A stretch of DNA of 64,000 bases from Scyliorhinus canicula (GCF_902713615.1 NC_052159.1:77414520-77478519); one strand, 5' to 3'; numbered from the stretch's first letter, positions 12,890 to 26,672 are shown. Numbers and translations are program-made. The notes: generated by a model not told the origin, from the sequence alone.

Positions 12890-13840
12890 AACATATCGTA
12901 AATCATTAGGCACCTCGAACTTGCTTCACCACTCAATTAGATTATGGCTGATCTGATTGCGGCCTTAACTCCACTTTCCTACTGTCCCTCCATCACTCTT
13001 TAATCTGTTGTAGATCGAAAATCAGTCCAACTGCCTTCACTATGCTCAACACACTACTTACTGAGGTAGACAACTGCAAACACTAAAGACCCTCTGAGAG
13101 AAAAATTTTCCTTCGCTCTGTCTTAAAAAGGAGTTTCCTTATTTTGATGTTCTAGACGCCACACAATGGGAAATATCCTCTCAGCCTCTATTCAATTATG
13201 CCCCCTCAGAATCGTATCTATTAAATAAGATCCCCACTTCTTCTAAACCTCAATGAAAATGGGACCAATCTGCTCAACCTTTCCTCACAAGAAAACATGT
13301 TCATTTCAGGAATCAGCCAAGTGATCCATCTCTGAACTGCCGCCAATGGAAGTATATTAAATGACCAAAACCATTTGCAATACTCCAGATGTGCTCTCAC
13401 CAATAATCTGTGTAGACTTCCCTACTTTCATACTCCATCCTCTTTACGATGAAGACCAACATTCTATTTGCCTTCCTAATTTTTTGCTGCAGTTGGATGT
13501 TAACTTTTTGTGATTCATATTCGAGGACAACCAGATCTCTCTGTACCGCAGAATTTTGCAGTCTCTCTCCATTTAAATAATTGTCTTCTTTTCTATTCAA
13601 CCTCACATTTTCCCCTGTTATACTCCATCCGCCAAATATATGCCCATTCACTGAACCTAATTTCCCTTCACAGACTCTATGCCATCCTCACAACTTGCTT
13701 TCCTACCTATCTTTGTATCATCAGTAAATTTGGCTACAATACAGTCAGCCCCTTCATTCAAGTTATTAATACAGTGTAAATTGTCGAGGCCCCAGACTAA
13801 TCCTTGTGACACTCCACAAGTTACCTTTTGCCAACGCGAA
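12890..13840 (-). mobile_element. CR1 LINE 3' fragment
   Basis: ORF remnants VSQGLVWG...VAKFTDDTKIG (RT FADD motif), VQRDLVVL...IRKANRML, VRAHLEYCKWFWS. Confidence 0.88.
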
Positions 13841-13959
13841 AATAATAGGACAGGAGCACTGGCAATGCCAGTACCTTTATTGCCCATCCCTTTTTTTTCC
13901 TTTTTTAAAAATAAATTTAGAGTACCCAATTATTTGTTTTCCAAAAAAGGGAAAATAAG

Positions 13960-14170
13960 TATCCTCTTAACAACAAGCAGTTGCATTTATAAAGCACATC
14001 CGATGTGGAAAAAAAACATCCTGGCCCACATCAGAGGATAATCCAAAGAAGGAGAAATTATGTAGGATAACCAAAAGCTTGGTCAAGTTTAAAGCGAGAG
14101 AGAGCAAAACCAAATGATTTACGCAAGTAATTCCAGTACAATGGCCATCAAGCACTGCGACCTATCCTGA
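13960..14170 (-). mobile_element. L2-type 3' tail fragment
   Basis: acaacaagcagttgcatttataaagcac, the reverse complement of an L2-like terminus similar to 50740-50800. Confidence 0.45.
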
Positions 14171-15917
14171 CAGTATGTCATTAAAAAGTCAAAACCATTT
14201 TTACACTAAATCCCTCATCAGGAAGCATGTATTTTTGGGTGCCTCTGGTCTTTTGCAGAGATGGGAGCAAGCCATTCAGCCCCTCACGCTTGTTCAACAG
14301 TGAAAATTGATTACAGCTGATCCATATGCTGTATCCATCTATCTGATTTGGTTCAATAACCATCAATACCCTGGCCTACAGAATGTATAAATCACAGCTT
14401 TTACATTTTCAAAGCCTCAGCAAGCTTTTTCAGATTGAGAGTTGAAGAATTTGACAGCCATTTCCATGAACAATTGCGTCTGATACCATCCCCAAATGGC
14501 CTAGCTCTAATAATAAGTTTCCATCTCCTTGTTTTGGATTTCCCTGATCGAGGAAATAGATCTTTTTCTAATTACCCTCTCAACTCCATCAATCATCTCA
14601 AAGCTCAGTAAGTTCATCACGTTCCAACATTTTCTGTTTTATTTCAGATTTCCATCATTTGCAACTTTTCCCACTACTTTTGTTCTTTCTGTGAATTTTT
14701 ACTGTCTCATTGGGATGATTTCCATACATTTTCAACCACTTTCCACTTCATTACTGCTTTTCAATAAATCTATTTAAATATTCCACCCATTATCATTCTC
14801 TCTCGCAACTGCAACCATTTTTCACTTTGTTACTTCATTTCATTATTCACTTCTAATGAAGGTTCCATATGTAAAATGTTACCCTCTATTTTCTGCCGAC
14901 GGATAAGTAGTGTATTTGCAGAATTTTTTGCTCTTAATTTCAGAATTCTAGATATTGCCATTTTTCTTTATATCACATGGACAAATACTCTGCTCAACTC
15001 CGTGGTTCATACTTCCATCTGTGTCTGAACAAAGGTATGGCATGCTTTAAAAAATAGTGGCCAAGTGCCCACTCCAGGATTCCTGTCCCCATTCCCATCA
15101 GATAGGAATTTTCTCGGCCTGGGATAAGGATTTGGAGAGTGAAACCACGTGCAGCAATCCTTGGAGGCGATGGGCATGTTAATCCTCTCTGCCCCATTGG
15201 GTTGGGCCCATTTTGTTCAAGGGTGTTGAAAGGGTGTAGTTTCAGACATTATTTTGGAATTAGTTTTAAAAGCTTTAGTTATTCACTGAGTGTATTGATC
15301 TGCATTGCACGCACAAACCTCAGGTGGGCGGGTCTCCGCTCGTTGGCAGAGAAGCTCATACTCTATGACTCCCATGGGAAGATCCATAGGTCTTGTGAGG
15401 GTTATTATAAAGGAAAATGGTTTTAGACAGGAAACCAAATGTAAAAAAAATGACCAAGTATATCAGCAATGTCTGCATTCCATGGAGGAGCCAGGTGCAA
15501 GAAGGTCACCTTCAGTGGGACCGGACGATTCCGCCAGTGGAGAGGGCTAGAAACTCCTACCCCTCCTCTAACACATTAGATACTTCCTCAAAAAATTCTC
15601 CGTGTTACAAATCTACATTGGCTCCCTGCTGACATGTTTATAAATGCTCAGTCACTTTGTATCCAAGAATAGATTCGATACCAACCCCTCAACTAATTTT
15701 AGATGAGAGGTCTAAACTTTTACTACCCTTATTAAATAATTACATGTCCAAAAAAGATCATTTCTGAATGCAGCATCAGGACTAAAGCATCAACAATTTC
15801 CTTGTCTACTTTTGATTAATTGCCCAAGTATGGAGATAATTGGAACACAGATATCTGTCTACTTTAATCCCATTCTTTTTTCTGTCACCCTCTTGAAATA
15901 CTCAACAATGCTCAACT

Positions 15918-16382
15918 GTGGGTGGCACAGTGGTTGACAGTGCTGCCTCACGGCGCTTGGGACCAGGGTCAATTCCGGCCTTGGGTGACTATCTGTGTGG
16001 AGATTGCACAGTCTCCCCATGTCTGTATGGGTTTTCTCCGGCTGCTCGAGTTTCCTCCCACAGTCCAAAGATGTGCAGGTTAGGTAGATTGGCCATGCTA
16101 AATTTCCCCTTAATATTCAAAGATGTGATTACGGGGGATAGGCTGGGGGAGTGGGTGAGGTAGGGTGCTCTTTCAGAGGGTCGGTGTAGGCTCCAGAGGC
16201 TAAATGTTCTCCTTCTACACTGGAGGGATTCTATGGATTATTGTGGGATTAGACATTTAATAGAATCATAAAATTTACAGTAAAGAAAGTGGCCATTCGG
16301 CCCATTGAGTCTGCACCAGCCCTTGGAAGGAGCACACTACCTAAGCCCACACCTCCACCCTATCCCCGTAACCCCACCTAAC
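15918..16382. mobile_element. HE1-like V-SINE (+, 15918-16240) and inverted 3' fragment (-, 16260-16382)
   Basis: Head, V-domain and tail on +, then tagaatcat...ggccattcggcccattgagtctgcacc on the opposite strand. Confidence 0.83.
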
Positions 16383-16902
16383 ATGAAAATCTAGAAGTTG
16401 TTGTCAGAGATACCTGGTTCCTCCATGGGATGCAGACTTTGCTGATATACTTCGATCTGAAAGACTGGTAATGTTTTCTGTCTATAAACATTTGCCTTTA
16501 TAATGATCTTCAAGAGACCCATGTGCATGTGTGCATATCAATCGATCTCCCCTTTGAACTGGTGGAATGGGAGCTTCGCCGCCAGTGGGTTGAGGACCGC
16601 CCAGCCGGGGTTTGTAAACTCGCCCTTCAAAAGCCTTCCCAGACTGGGACTGGCATTTCTGGCACTGCCAACTGTAACCCTGGAGTTGTAAACTGCGTTG
16701 CGGTCTTTACTTTATGTTAACTAATTAAATGTTGTTTAACATATCTTCTCGGGCCTCCTGAACTTTTATAGCCTTCCTCAGAATATTTATTCTATTTACT
16801 GCATGTCATTTAAGCCAAATTTATCATTCCTGGTTTACACTTTGGCATTTCCCCAATTTAACTTTATGCAAGTTAATGGATTTTGACCAAGTTAATAACC
16901 AG

Positions 16903-19492
16903 CGGTAGAATTCTCAGTTTCTGAGACTATATGTTTACGCCGAGACAGGATTGGTGGATTTCCACAATGGCAAAGGTGGCACCACACCTGGACCAATTCA
17001 GCAACCATGGAGGAACTAGCACCAGCACCATGTGGAACACAATCGATTCCAATGAGAAACAGTGCCGGATTCACAATTGACACTCAGGAGACTGACAAGC
17101 TGCAGCTGTACATGCACACTTCATTCCCCACACACACCATCCCAGCCAACAAGATGGCAGCAAGGATATCAGGACCGAGATTCATAGATGCCGAGCTTGA
17201 GACCCTCCTGAACACCATGGAGGAGAGGTGGGCCATCCTGTACCCTGGCCGGGAAGTAGGCTGCCAGCCGCCGCCGTTCGCCATGCCTGGACGCAGGTAG
17301 CAGAGGCAGTAAGCGCCCGAGCAACACGATTCAGACCTGCATCAGTGCATAAGAAACTGAATGACCCTCTCAGGGAGGCCTGGGTGAGTAGGCACATAGT
17401 GCCCCTGGCACCAACCCCCGTCGCACACACCCATAATTCTACCCCTCCCCACCAGGAGGGCGGCCAAACCCCACCCTGCACATGTCAGAACCAATACTGT
17501 CCGTCATGGCTAGGTGCCCGGTCACTGAAGCCTCCAGCTATCCACCCCTGGGCTGCATGCGTTGGGCTGTCTAACACTGCGCATTTCTGTTCCCCCTCCC
17601 CCCAGGAGAATGCCACCACGACTGGGAGAAGGCAGGAGGGGGAACCACCGGACCTGCAGCCCCTCACCGTGGCAGAGCAGCGGACGCTGGACATAGTCAG
17701 TGGGCCTGAGGAAAGGGCAGTTGCCGAGGTGAAGATCGGCCTCGGATGAGGAAGTGAGACCCCACTGATTTGAAGTTCTCCCTGAGATGTGTGTCACCCC
17801 GCAACACCAGCCTCACCCCCCACACCACCCCCACACTCACACCATCCCCTCACCCCCGCTTCACACACTGCCACCATCACCACTCCCTCCCGGCACCCAG
17901 TCTAACCATGCATCCTGCTTTGCAGGACGTGCTGGGCCGGGTCCTTCTGGTGTACCCCGCCCCCAGCCACATCCAGTATCATAGCCTTTGCCACAGTCAG
18001 AGCAAGAGCCCCAGGAGCTTATCAGCAACAAGAACACCCACACTGAAGGGAGCCATCAACCGCGATCCAGGGCACCCCGGAGCTCGAGTCCGAGGATGAC
18101 ACTGTTTTCCCATCACAACTGTCTCTAACACCCTCCACCATCCCAGAGCCACTCACCCTGATTGGCCGCTTTAGTAAAGAGGCACATGGGACACTATCTG
18201 GTGATCACTACACAAATGCTCCAGTACATCAGGTGGTGGTCAGAACTCCCGAGGGGGCAGACAGTCAGTAGGCGGGCTAACTGCAAGGACTAGCTACCGT
18301 CCAGATGGATTTCAGGCTTCTGGAACGGACAGTGGAGATGCAGTCACATAGCGAAGGACTACATAAGGGGTTGTCGGCGGGTATCAAGCACCTGCAGGCA
18401 CAGGTGGAAGAGTTCAACTGTGTGCAGAAGCAGGTGGTGGTGCTGGCCATGCGTGCCACCCTGGCCAACACCACATGGGTGGCATCCATAGTGGAGGCCT
18501 TGGAGGCGAGGGATTCAGCTATGGATCGGCATGTCCAAGGCCTGGAGCAACCTGTGCAAGCAGTGGCCAAGGCCCAGGACAGGGCTGCCCTCTCACCAGC
18601 AGCCATGTGCCAGAGCTACCTCGACATTGCAGTGGTGTTCCTGAGCGTGGCACAGTCACTGTGGGCCATAGCTGAGCGTGTCGGCGGCATTGCCCAGGCA
18701 CTGGCCAACATGGCACAGATGCAGAGGGAGGTGGCCAGTGCCAGAGGGAGATGTCGCAGTCACTGGCTGATGTGGCACACTCGCAGCATGATGTGGTGCA
18801 GTCCCAGATGGAGGTGGTCCACGCCCTCTGCTCCATGGCCACGAGATTGCAGACCCTGTTTGAGGCGGCAGCAGGTCTTCAGGAATGGCAGCGCCAGGTG
18901 GCGGGGGTGCCTCAGGGGATGGCTCCGCTCGGATTCCCATCCCATGGAGTAGCTCAGGGCCTTCGGGTACCTCCAGAAATGAGGTGGTGATGGGGACCTG
19001 CCGGTGACTCCCGCAGGAGAGGTGCTGAAACACCGCACCACCTTGGAACCTCCTCCCTTCCATGACGCATCTCATGGGCAGCGGGAATAACAGGTTGGCA
19101 CCAGAAGCCATGCCCATCCAGACCTGGTCGCCCCAGAAGACGGCTATCAAGCAGTACCCAGGTCACAGGGCTGGACTCAAAGCAGGCTGTCTCCACTCCT
19201 GCTATACCATCTTGAGACCCACATAGACATAGCGTTAGATCCACCTAGATATAGTGTTTACCTCAGAAAAGTAGATACCAGTTAAGTTGGCATGAGTGCA
19301 GGGCACAGTTTAATGATAGGGGCTAAGGCATTTACAGTATGTGCAGAATGGAAAGCATTGATGCTGTTGTTGAGGCACCAGAAAATTAGGAATTGGTGTG
19401 AAACCGGTGCCCGCCACTATTTTGCGTCAAAACCGATTCTTCGCCCAATCGCGTTTCCCGATTCCGATGTCAGCCGACAAAGAATTCCACAC
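16903..19492 (+). mobile_element. Harbinger-like element carrying a three-exon Myb/SANT-like gene, no transposase seen
   Basis: TIRs cggtagaattct / agaattccacac, TSD CAG. MAARISGPRFIDAELETLL...AWTQVAEAVSA...HKKLND is a Myb/SANT-like trihelix. Confidence 0.8.
17154..19300 (+). pseudogene. Harbinger Myb/SANT-like (NAIF1/MSANTD-related) gene: exons 17154-17383, 17606-17753, 17926-~19300
   Basis: Donor TGG|gtgagt at 17384, acceptor ...cccctccccccag at 17605, donor gtgaga at 17754, branch point tctaac and tgctttgcag at 17925. Ala/Gln/Val-rich heptad region in ORF 18305..18952. Several frameshifts. Confidence 0.72.
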
Positions 19493-20049
19493 CAGGAGTC
19501 TCAGTGAGAATTATTCAATCTGATTGGATGAACAGTCTACCTGCTTCTTGTCCTGCTCAGAGTTGCCACAATTTCTCTGTAAAGGCTAGCTTGCTGTATC
19601 AGACAACTGTTCGAGTGACTCTCCTACCAAAACCTTTCTGGGTAGCTATCATTAAGGTGAACAAGTGAATGTTGCTCGTTTACTACCAATCCCCAAATCT
19701 CGGCTAATAAATGTGATTAGTTCTGCCACATTATTTATTTTAAGTTTTCCTTAAGTTCCGGGATCAGCTTTCTCTCTACAATTCGAACAATTGATAATCA
19801 TTTTACATATTGGTTCAACTGCACACAGCACTCCAGATGTAGTTGCACCAGTACAGTTTGAAAATTAAAAAACTCAACAGATCCGATAGCACCCATAGAT
19901 AGAGGAACAGAGTTAATAGCCAGGATCTGCTTGTACCCTACCCCCAGTTGCGGGTTTTCCGCCAGCGGATGTATCGCCATTGGCTGGCAACATCTTTTGG
20001 TGCTGCCAAAAACAATGGTGTTTCCTTGGCTCAGAAAACCTGCCAAAGG

Positions 20050-20672
20050 CCAACGTGAACCTCATTTGCATTCGGGGATGAAGACTTGACCCACTCCCTC
20101 CATGCCAGATTCTCTGTGATGACGGTAGGAAAATATGCTGGCATGAAACACATTCGGAACAAGGCGGCATGCAGATGTCAGGACTCATTTGAACAATGCC
20201 TGGGACTGCCTCCATAGTTCAGGATGGAGGGAGCCTGCAACCCTGGACCCAGGAACATCACAGCAGTGGGCCAGGAATGCATCTGCAGGTGGACCTTCCA
20301 GATTAGGTGTCCTGGATGGGGTCCAACGTCCAGCCTCAGAATGTTCCTGGGTATCCACCTTCATTCTCAGGAGGTCCATCCTCTGGTTTCGGAGAGCTCC
20401 CGGAGATCTATCTTTATTTTTAGAAGGTCTACTTTCTTTCTTTAATAGTGGGCCAGTCATGTTGGCCGCCTTATCAATATGGCACCCGGACATGTCAACA
20501 GACTATGCGCCATCAGGCCTGCCCCACCACTGAATGTGGTGTAAACCACCCAGGCGCATAATTAATGAGGTTGGGGCTGGAAGATGTGGCGTGTTTTCGT
20601 CCCAACCTCAAAAGCGGGAAACACCCACGTTCCTACTCTCACCCCTTTGTCTCAAAATGGGAGAATTCAGCT
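20050..20672. mobile_element. Degraded DNA-transposon fragment
   Basis: Ends in a Harbinger-like TIR ggagaattcagctc, with a moderately GC-rich body. Confidence 0.35.
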
Positions 20673-20799
20673 CTCTGTTTCTCTCTCCACAGATAGTATC
20701 AGTCCAGCAAACTTTTTCTACCACTTTGTTTTTATTTAAATTTTCCAGCATCCGCAGCATTTTGCTCATATTTTCCCAATATAAGTTACCTTTCTGAAT

Positions 20800-21710
20800 T
20801 TCTATCCTCTGCTAGAATTTTTTTCAACAGCCTGGAAACACTGTATGGATGGTTTTCATGACCAGTACACTAAAATGCAAGAACTCTCCTTTGTCAATAC
20901 ATAAAGTTCACTCCCATTTAACATATATTCCACATCAATCTTACCTCAGCCAATATAATAATTTCCCCATATTAAATTAAATCGATTTGTTCTTAGTCAA
21001 CATCTTTTTGAATTTTTCCACACTGGCATTTATTATTTGCTGCTGCTCCTAAAATATGATAGTGCCTGAACATTTAGACACTTTTAACACAATGTATTCC
21101 TCGAAATTGTTTATAAAAGTTATAAACAACAGCAATCTTACATTGAACCTCGTCGGTGGTGGCTGGCTGTCAACTGGATACCTACCCGTACACTTCTACC
21201 TGTTGTATTTACCAACCAGCATTTGTAGATCTATTTTAATACAATTCCAACTTTCCACAGACTTGAATTTTATGTCAGAGTCAATTCTGTAAACAGTGTC
21301 AAATGCCTTCCTGAAATTCAGGTGGATAACATACACTCTCTATCCCTATTTACTGCGTCTTCTGTCTTCTCAAAGAAATCAAATAACTTAGTCAAGCAAA
21401 ACCGCCCACTCTTAAAATCATGCTGGTTGCCTGAGATTAGCTCATGCCCACTCAGAATGTTACCTTATTTTATCTTGCAGTATACTTTCAAACACTTTCT
21501 GAATAGCAATACTCAGGCTCAGCAGACTACCATAAATTGATAGTTTATCTCCCAGCCCGTTTTTGAAGATGGCTGCCTTATTGGCTATTTTGTAATCTTT
21601 TGGAATCAGGCCTGAATTCACTGAACACCGAAAATGACTGCAAAACAATATTCTTTTAAGTCTACAGCCATCTTTAAATTGTGCAGAAAATGCTGGGATT
21701 GCTTCCCACA
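20800..21710 (-). mobile_element. Old CR1 RT fragment
   Basis: IPKDYKIANKAAIFKNG...SLLSIAIQKVFESILQDKI, plus QH.F.SG...LT.L.DFFE and DFRKAFDTV remnants. Confidence 0.75.
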
Positions 21711-22104
21711 TTTCTTCTGAGATGTATTGAAAAATAATTGTTAAGGACTCATAAATGAGGCGTAAGATTCCAAGGCTGACATAATCTTGAGTAAGAATAT
21801 TTGAAAAGACAAAACTACAGGGTATCTTCTATCTACCATTAAAAAAAAGCATTATCGTAAACCAAAACCCTGCGGAAGATGGAATAGCTCACATTTGAGT
21901 GACTACAGGCAGTTAAGTGGGTGTTAGCTTGCTGTGTGAAAACTCATGACAAAGGCTTAAAACTTTACACAAACTCTTATTCATTATATTAATGTTCAGG
22001 ACCATAAAAAGAATGTTACAATATAAGAATGTTGGAGCTGTTGAAAACATAAGAAAAATATTACTTGTAATGCAACTGGCAGCACTTTGCATGCATATAT
22101 CCCC

Positions 22105-22915
22105 CTTTTATTCATTTACAGGATGTGGGTGTCGCTGGTTAGGCCAACATTTATTGCCCAACCCTAGTTGCCCTTCAGAAGGTGGCGGTGAGTTGCCTTC
22201 TTGAACCTCCTCAGTCTCTGAGGTGTAGGTACACTCTCAGTGCTGGTATGGAGGGAGTTCCATGATTTTGCCCCAACGACAGTGAAGGAACGGCGATATA
22301 TTTCCAAGTCGGGGTATTGACTGACTTGGAGGGGAACGTACAGTAGGTGGGATCCCAAGTATCCGCTGCTCTTGTCGTTTTAGATGGTAGTGGTTGTGGG
22401 TTTGGAAGGTGCTGTCTAAGGAACCTTGGTGAGTTACTGCAGTGCATCTTGGAGATGGTACACACGGCTGGCACTATTCACCAGTGGTGGAGGGATTAAA
22501 CGTTTGTGGAAGGGGGAGCAATCAAGTGGCTTGCTTTGTCCAGGATGGTAACAAGCTTCTTGACTGTTGTTGGAGCTGCACTCATCCAGGCAAGTGGACA
22601 GTATTCCACTGCACTCCTGACTTGTGCCTGGTAGATGGTGGACAGGCTTTGGAGGTGTCAGGAGGTGATTTACTTTCTGTAAAATTCCTAGCCTTTGACC
22701 TGCCTTGGTAGCCACAATATTAATATGGCGAGTCCAGTTCAGTTTCTGATCAATGGTAACCCCCCACGATGTTGATTGTGTAGGATTCAGCGATGGTAAT
22801 GCCATTGAATGTCAAGGGGCGATAGTTAGATCCTCTCCTGTAGGAAATGGTCATTGCCTGGCATTTGTGTGGCGCACTTGTAACTTGTCGGCCCAAGCCT
22901 GGATATTGTCCATGT
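22105..22915 (-). mobile_element. 3' end of a second CR1/L2-group LINE family
   Basis: APHKCQAMTIS, PLTFNGITIAES, GVTIDQKLNWTRHINIVATKAGQRLGILQ, KSWNSL...FKKATHRHLLKGN. 3'UTR gggcaataaatgttggcctaaccagcgacacccacatcc. Confidence 0.82.
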
Positions 22916-25002
22916 ATGGCTGCATTTGGACATTTGAACATGGACTGCTCCACTGATATTCGACTGTACCTGTTTTCTAAATATATAAATATACAAGTCA
23001 ACGTAATAGGGAACCCTCAAGCTGACATTAAAGCAACATTGCAGATGGCTTTCAATTTCATATTCCCATTAAAAAGAGTTAATGGAGCATTGATCTCCGA
23101 CTGGTTGTAATTTAAGCATTTATTTACAAATTCCTGTTTGCTTACAACATTCTGTTCATCCACCCGTTAGAATGAGCACGGCAGTAAATCAGTATGCCCA
23201 TATGTGTTTGACTGTTCAAAATTAATTTTTACTGCAGATGCTATCCATTGTGAAGATATTGGAGTAGAGTTTCCATTTTGAGGGTGATGGATCTCTGTGT
23301 CTATTCGGAACCCTGGATATGCGTTATCCCTTCTTAGTTCCCAAATAACAGAGATTCAGGCTGTGATTTTTGGCAAAGTTTCGTTGAACTTTACTTGTCA
23401 GCTATGTCTACTGGTAAACTTTGGTTACAATACAAACTTAGGTCAGATTGATTGTCTTTAGCGAATACAGTAGTTGAGTTTAAAATACAATTACCAATCG
23501 TGGTGATTCTTCAAATCATGATACACAGTATAGAAATACTGATTGATTTAAACAAAAGAAAGATGGCAATTTAGTAAAAGCAAGCAAAGAAAATAAGTTT
23601 CAGAAGGAAGTAGATGGATTGCGGAATGAATTTTTCCATCCCGACAAGTGATTTTTAAGGAGATTATTATCTTAAAATCTTGCCTTCCTTTCATCTCTGA
23701 TTGGCTTTAACTAATTTATAATTCACTCAATTCGACCAAAGTGTCTGTCTTTCAATTTTGAGAGAGATATGATCATGGTGGTCAAGCTGCCAAGACCCCC
23801 GGGACACACCAAATTAGGGTTAGGGTTATTTAAATATATTGGTCTGATTTTCTTATGCCATTGCCTGAGAAAGACACATTTTCCACTAGGACTTCTCACT
23901 ATGGACTGGTTGTTACCATAGAAACAGAACTGGGACCTCAGCCCAATCAAGAGTCTTATCTGATTAATTTCCAGCTGTAGTTGTACTGAATTAATACTTA
24001 ATATGAGTTTCAATTAATTATTCTTAATGAGTTCTCAATTAAAACTTTTATCTATCTCATCTATAGGTAACTACAAAAGCTGATTTCTAGCAGAGGCATT
24101 CATGAAATTGCACCAATGGGCTCAAAACTGTGCTGGTTTTGATGAAAATCGATTGAATAATCACAAACATAAAATCTTTGATGAACCAGTGAAATTGAGC
24201 AAGGCAATAGAAAATAATTTTTTCTCTCCTTTTGCTAAAAATTATTTGTTGATTTATTTATGAGAGGTAACTCGGTATAGTTGTATTACTATAGCTGAAA
24301 ACGGTTTTGTTGTGTATTGCAAAGAACTAACAGAGCTTTATTTACAAGGTGTGTTCACTACAGGCAGTGCTTCTTCTCTCTGGGAATCTTCCACGCTAGT
24401 AACATCATTTCCGGTGAATGCATTCAGATATTAATATACAGACTTACTGCAGCTACCCAGACTCAATGGAAAGACACATCAGCAAAACTAAACATGTTTG
24501 ATAAACCTCCAGCCCTTGATTTAAAAACACCAAGAGTTATTTTTTAAAAACCTACAGTAAACGATAAAAAACCATTTCATCGACATTGTCAATTCCTCTG
24601 CAAATGAAATATTCTTTGGTATTACAATGATTGTCAATCTTGGGCTTGGCCAATTTTGTGTGTGGGACCTAATCCAGCAAACTGACTCTTAAACCAGCAT
24701 AAAACACAAACACGAGTGGTTTTGGATACAGCTCACTTATGTTTAAAATGTCCCCAATAGCGGGCTGCTGGGCCGACTTTGGTTGATTGCATTGCAGACA
24801 CCAACAGTTTTAAGAAGCAGAAACCCGAATTTAACGTTGTACAATAAGCAACTTCCTCACATTTGGAGTCATGAGGAAATGCTTGGGGTAGGTATCAATA
24901 AAGTTTCCATTGACACAAATGAGTGATCAACAATCGGAATGAATTGCCAATAAGCATGGTGAGATCAGATCATTGTGTTTATTTAAGAAAAAGCAGGGGG
25001 CA

Positions 25003-25240
25003 TAATAATAATATACTTTATTATTGTCACAAGTAGGCTTACATTAACACTGCAAAGAAGTTGCTGTGAATATCCCCTAGCTGCCACACCCTGGTGCCTG
25101 TTCAGGTAAACAAAGGGAGAATTCAGAATGTCCACTTCACCTAACAAGCACGTGTTTCAGGACTTGTGGGAGGAAACAAACCCATGCAGACATGGGGAGA
25201 ACGTGCAGACTCCGCACAGACAGTGACCCAAGTAGAAACC
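25003..25240 (-). mobile_element. V-SINE with 'gcgccggaatgtggcgactag' tail (5'-truncated)
   Basis: V-domain followed by the tail shared with 29669, 45888 and 49668. Confidence 0.78.
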
Positions 25241-25438
25241 GAACATGTGGAAAGATGGTAGCAATGTCTAGTGTAGAAGTAACCTGTGAGGAGCATTTTA
25301 ACTAAATATTGCAGATGTCTATAATTAAAAACATGACAATTAAAAACATAAGAACAGGCAATGATCACAAAAAGGCTGGTTCATCAAAGCTCATCCCTCT
25401 ATTATTTTAACTCTCCCAGTTTATCGGCAAAATACTTT

Positions 25439-26102
25439 GGGCGCGGTTCTCCGCTCCCCACGTGGCGTGGGAGAATCGCAGAAGGCCCCCCCCCCCCGCT
25501 CGGAAGAATCGCCGCTCGCCGTTTTTTACGGCGAATCTCCGACCCGGATGGGCCAAGCGGCCTGCCGTTCGCGACCGTTTCACGACGGCGGCAACCACAC
25601 CTGGTCGCTACAGTCGTGAAACGGGTGAGATATGCCCATTTGGGGCTTGTGGGGGGAGTACAGGGGAAAGAGCACCACGACTGTGCTCGGGAGGGGACAG
25701 GCCCGCGATCGGTGCCCACCGATCGTCGGGCCGGTGTCTCAATCGGACGCACTATTTCCCCTCCGCCGCCTCGCAAGATCAAGCCACCACGTCTTGCGGG
25801 GCGGCTGAGGGGAAAGACGGCCACCGCGCATGCACGGGTTCGAGCTGTCAGCATCGTGACATCAGCCGCGCATGCGCGGGTTGGTGCCGGCCAACCTGCG
25901 CATGCGCGACTGACGTCATTAGGCGCGCCGGCCGCAAGATTCTCGGTGCGACGCTCCCGTGGCTGAGATTTACGGAGCGCCGCTCCTAGCCCCGCCGGGA
26001 GGGGAGAATAGGGGGCGAGGAGCGGCCTCCGAGGCCGTCGTGGAACTCAGCCGAGTTCACGACGGCCCTCCCGATTTTTCCCGGGAGCGGAGAATTCCAC
26101 CC
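25439..26102. mobile_element. GC-rich Harbinger-like MITE
   Basis: TIRs gggcgcggttctcc / ggagaattccaccc, 3-bp TSD TTT. Confidence 0.87.
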
Positions 26103-26672
26103 TTTGAATGGCTGAATGGGATGCTCTCGGCTGGCAGATTACTTGAAGGAAATTCTTCCTGATATATATTTAGATTTAATTTTCACGGAATTTTACCTGG
26201 AATTTCAAAGATTTGAATGGTTGCTAAATTAGTTAATGGATACAGGACTGTAAAAAAATACCGAGCAATAATAATCCTCCAATATACATGAAACTAATTA
26301 GATACTGACCTTTTGTGTTATTTTTAAAAAGCAGCATCTTCTTCACTCACTTCAAATACATTGATTACAGCCTGAATATGCGCTCTCACTTAAAGATTCT
26401 AATAATTTCAGGCTATCATTTTCTACCGTGCTTTTAATTAGATTGTCTCCTATGTGGATTAGGAAATTGAACATACTCAGCCTCTCACATGATATGAAAC
26501 ATAAGCATTCAGCATTCACAGTTGAATAATTTGAATTCAATGCATTTTTCAAATATATAGATCCTGTGGGGGGGGGGGGGGGGGGGGGGCGGGGGGTGGA
26601 TTTTGCACATATGTATGCTGCATCCGTAAATGATGACATGGGCGCAAAATCCCGCAAGAGTCAAAAAACAAG

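Noticed and set aside
15320-15600. Slightly GC-richer block that could be an old SINE, LTR or ncRNA
   Set aside because: No termini, TSD, second copy or fold that I can support.
26568-26598. Very long G/C homopolymers (also 27293-27320 and 40249-40273) as functional elements
   Set aside because: Mostly within or beside MITEs, and exact lengths are prone to sequencing and assembly error.
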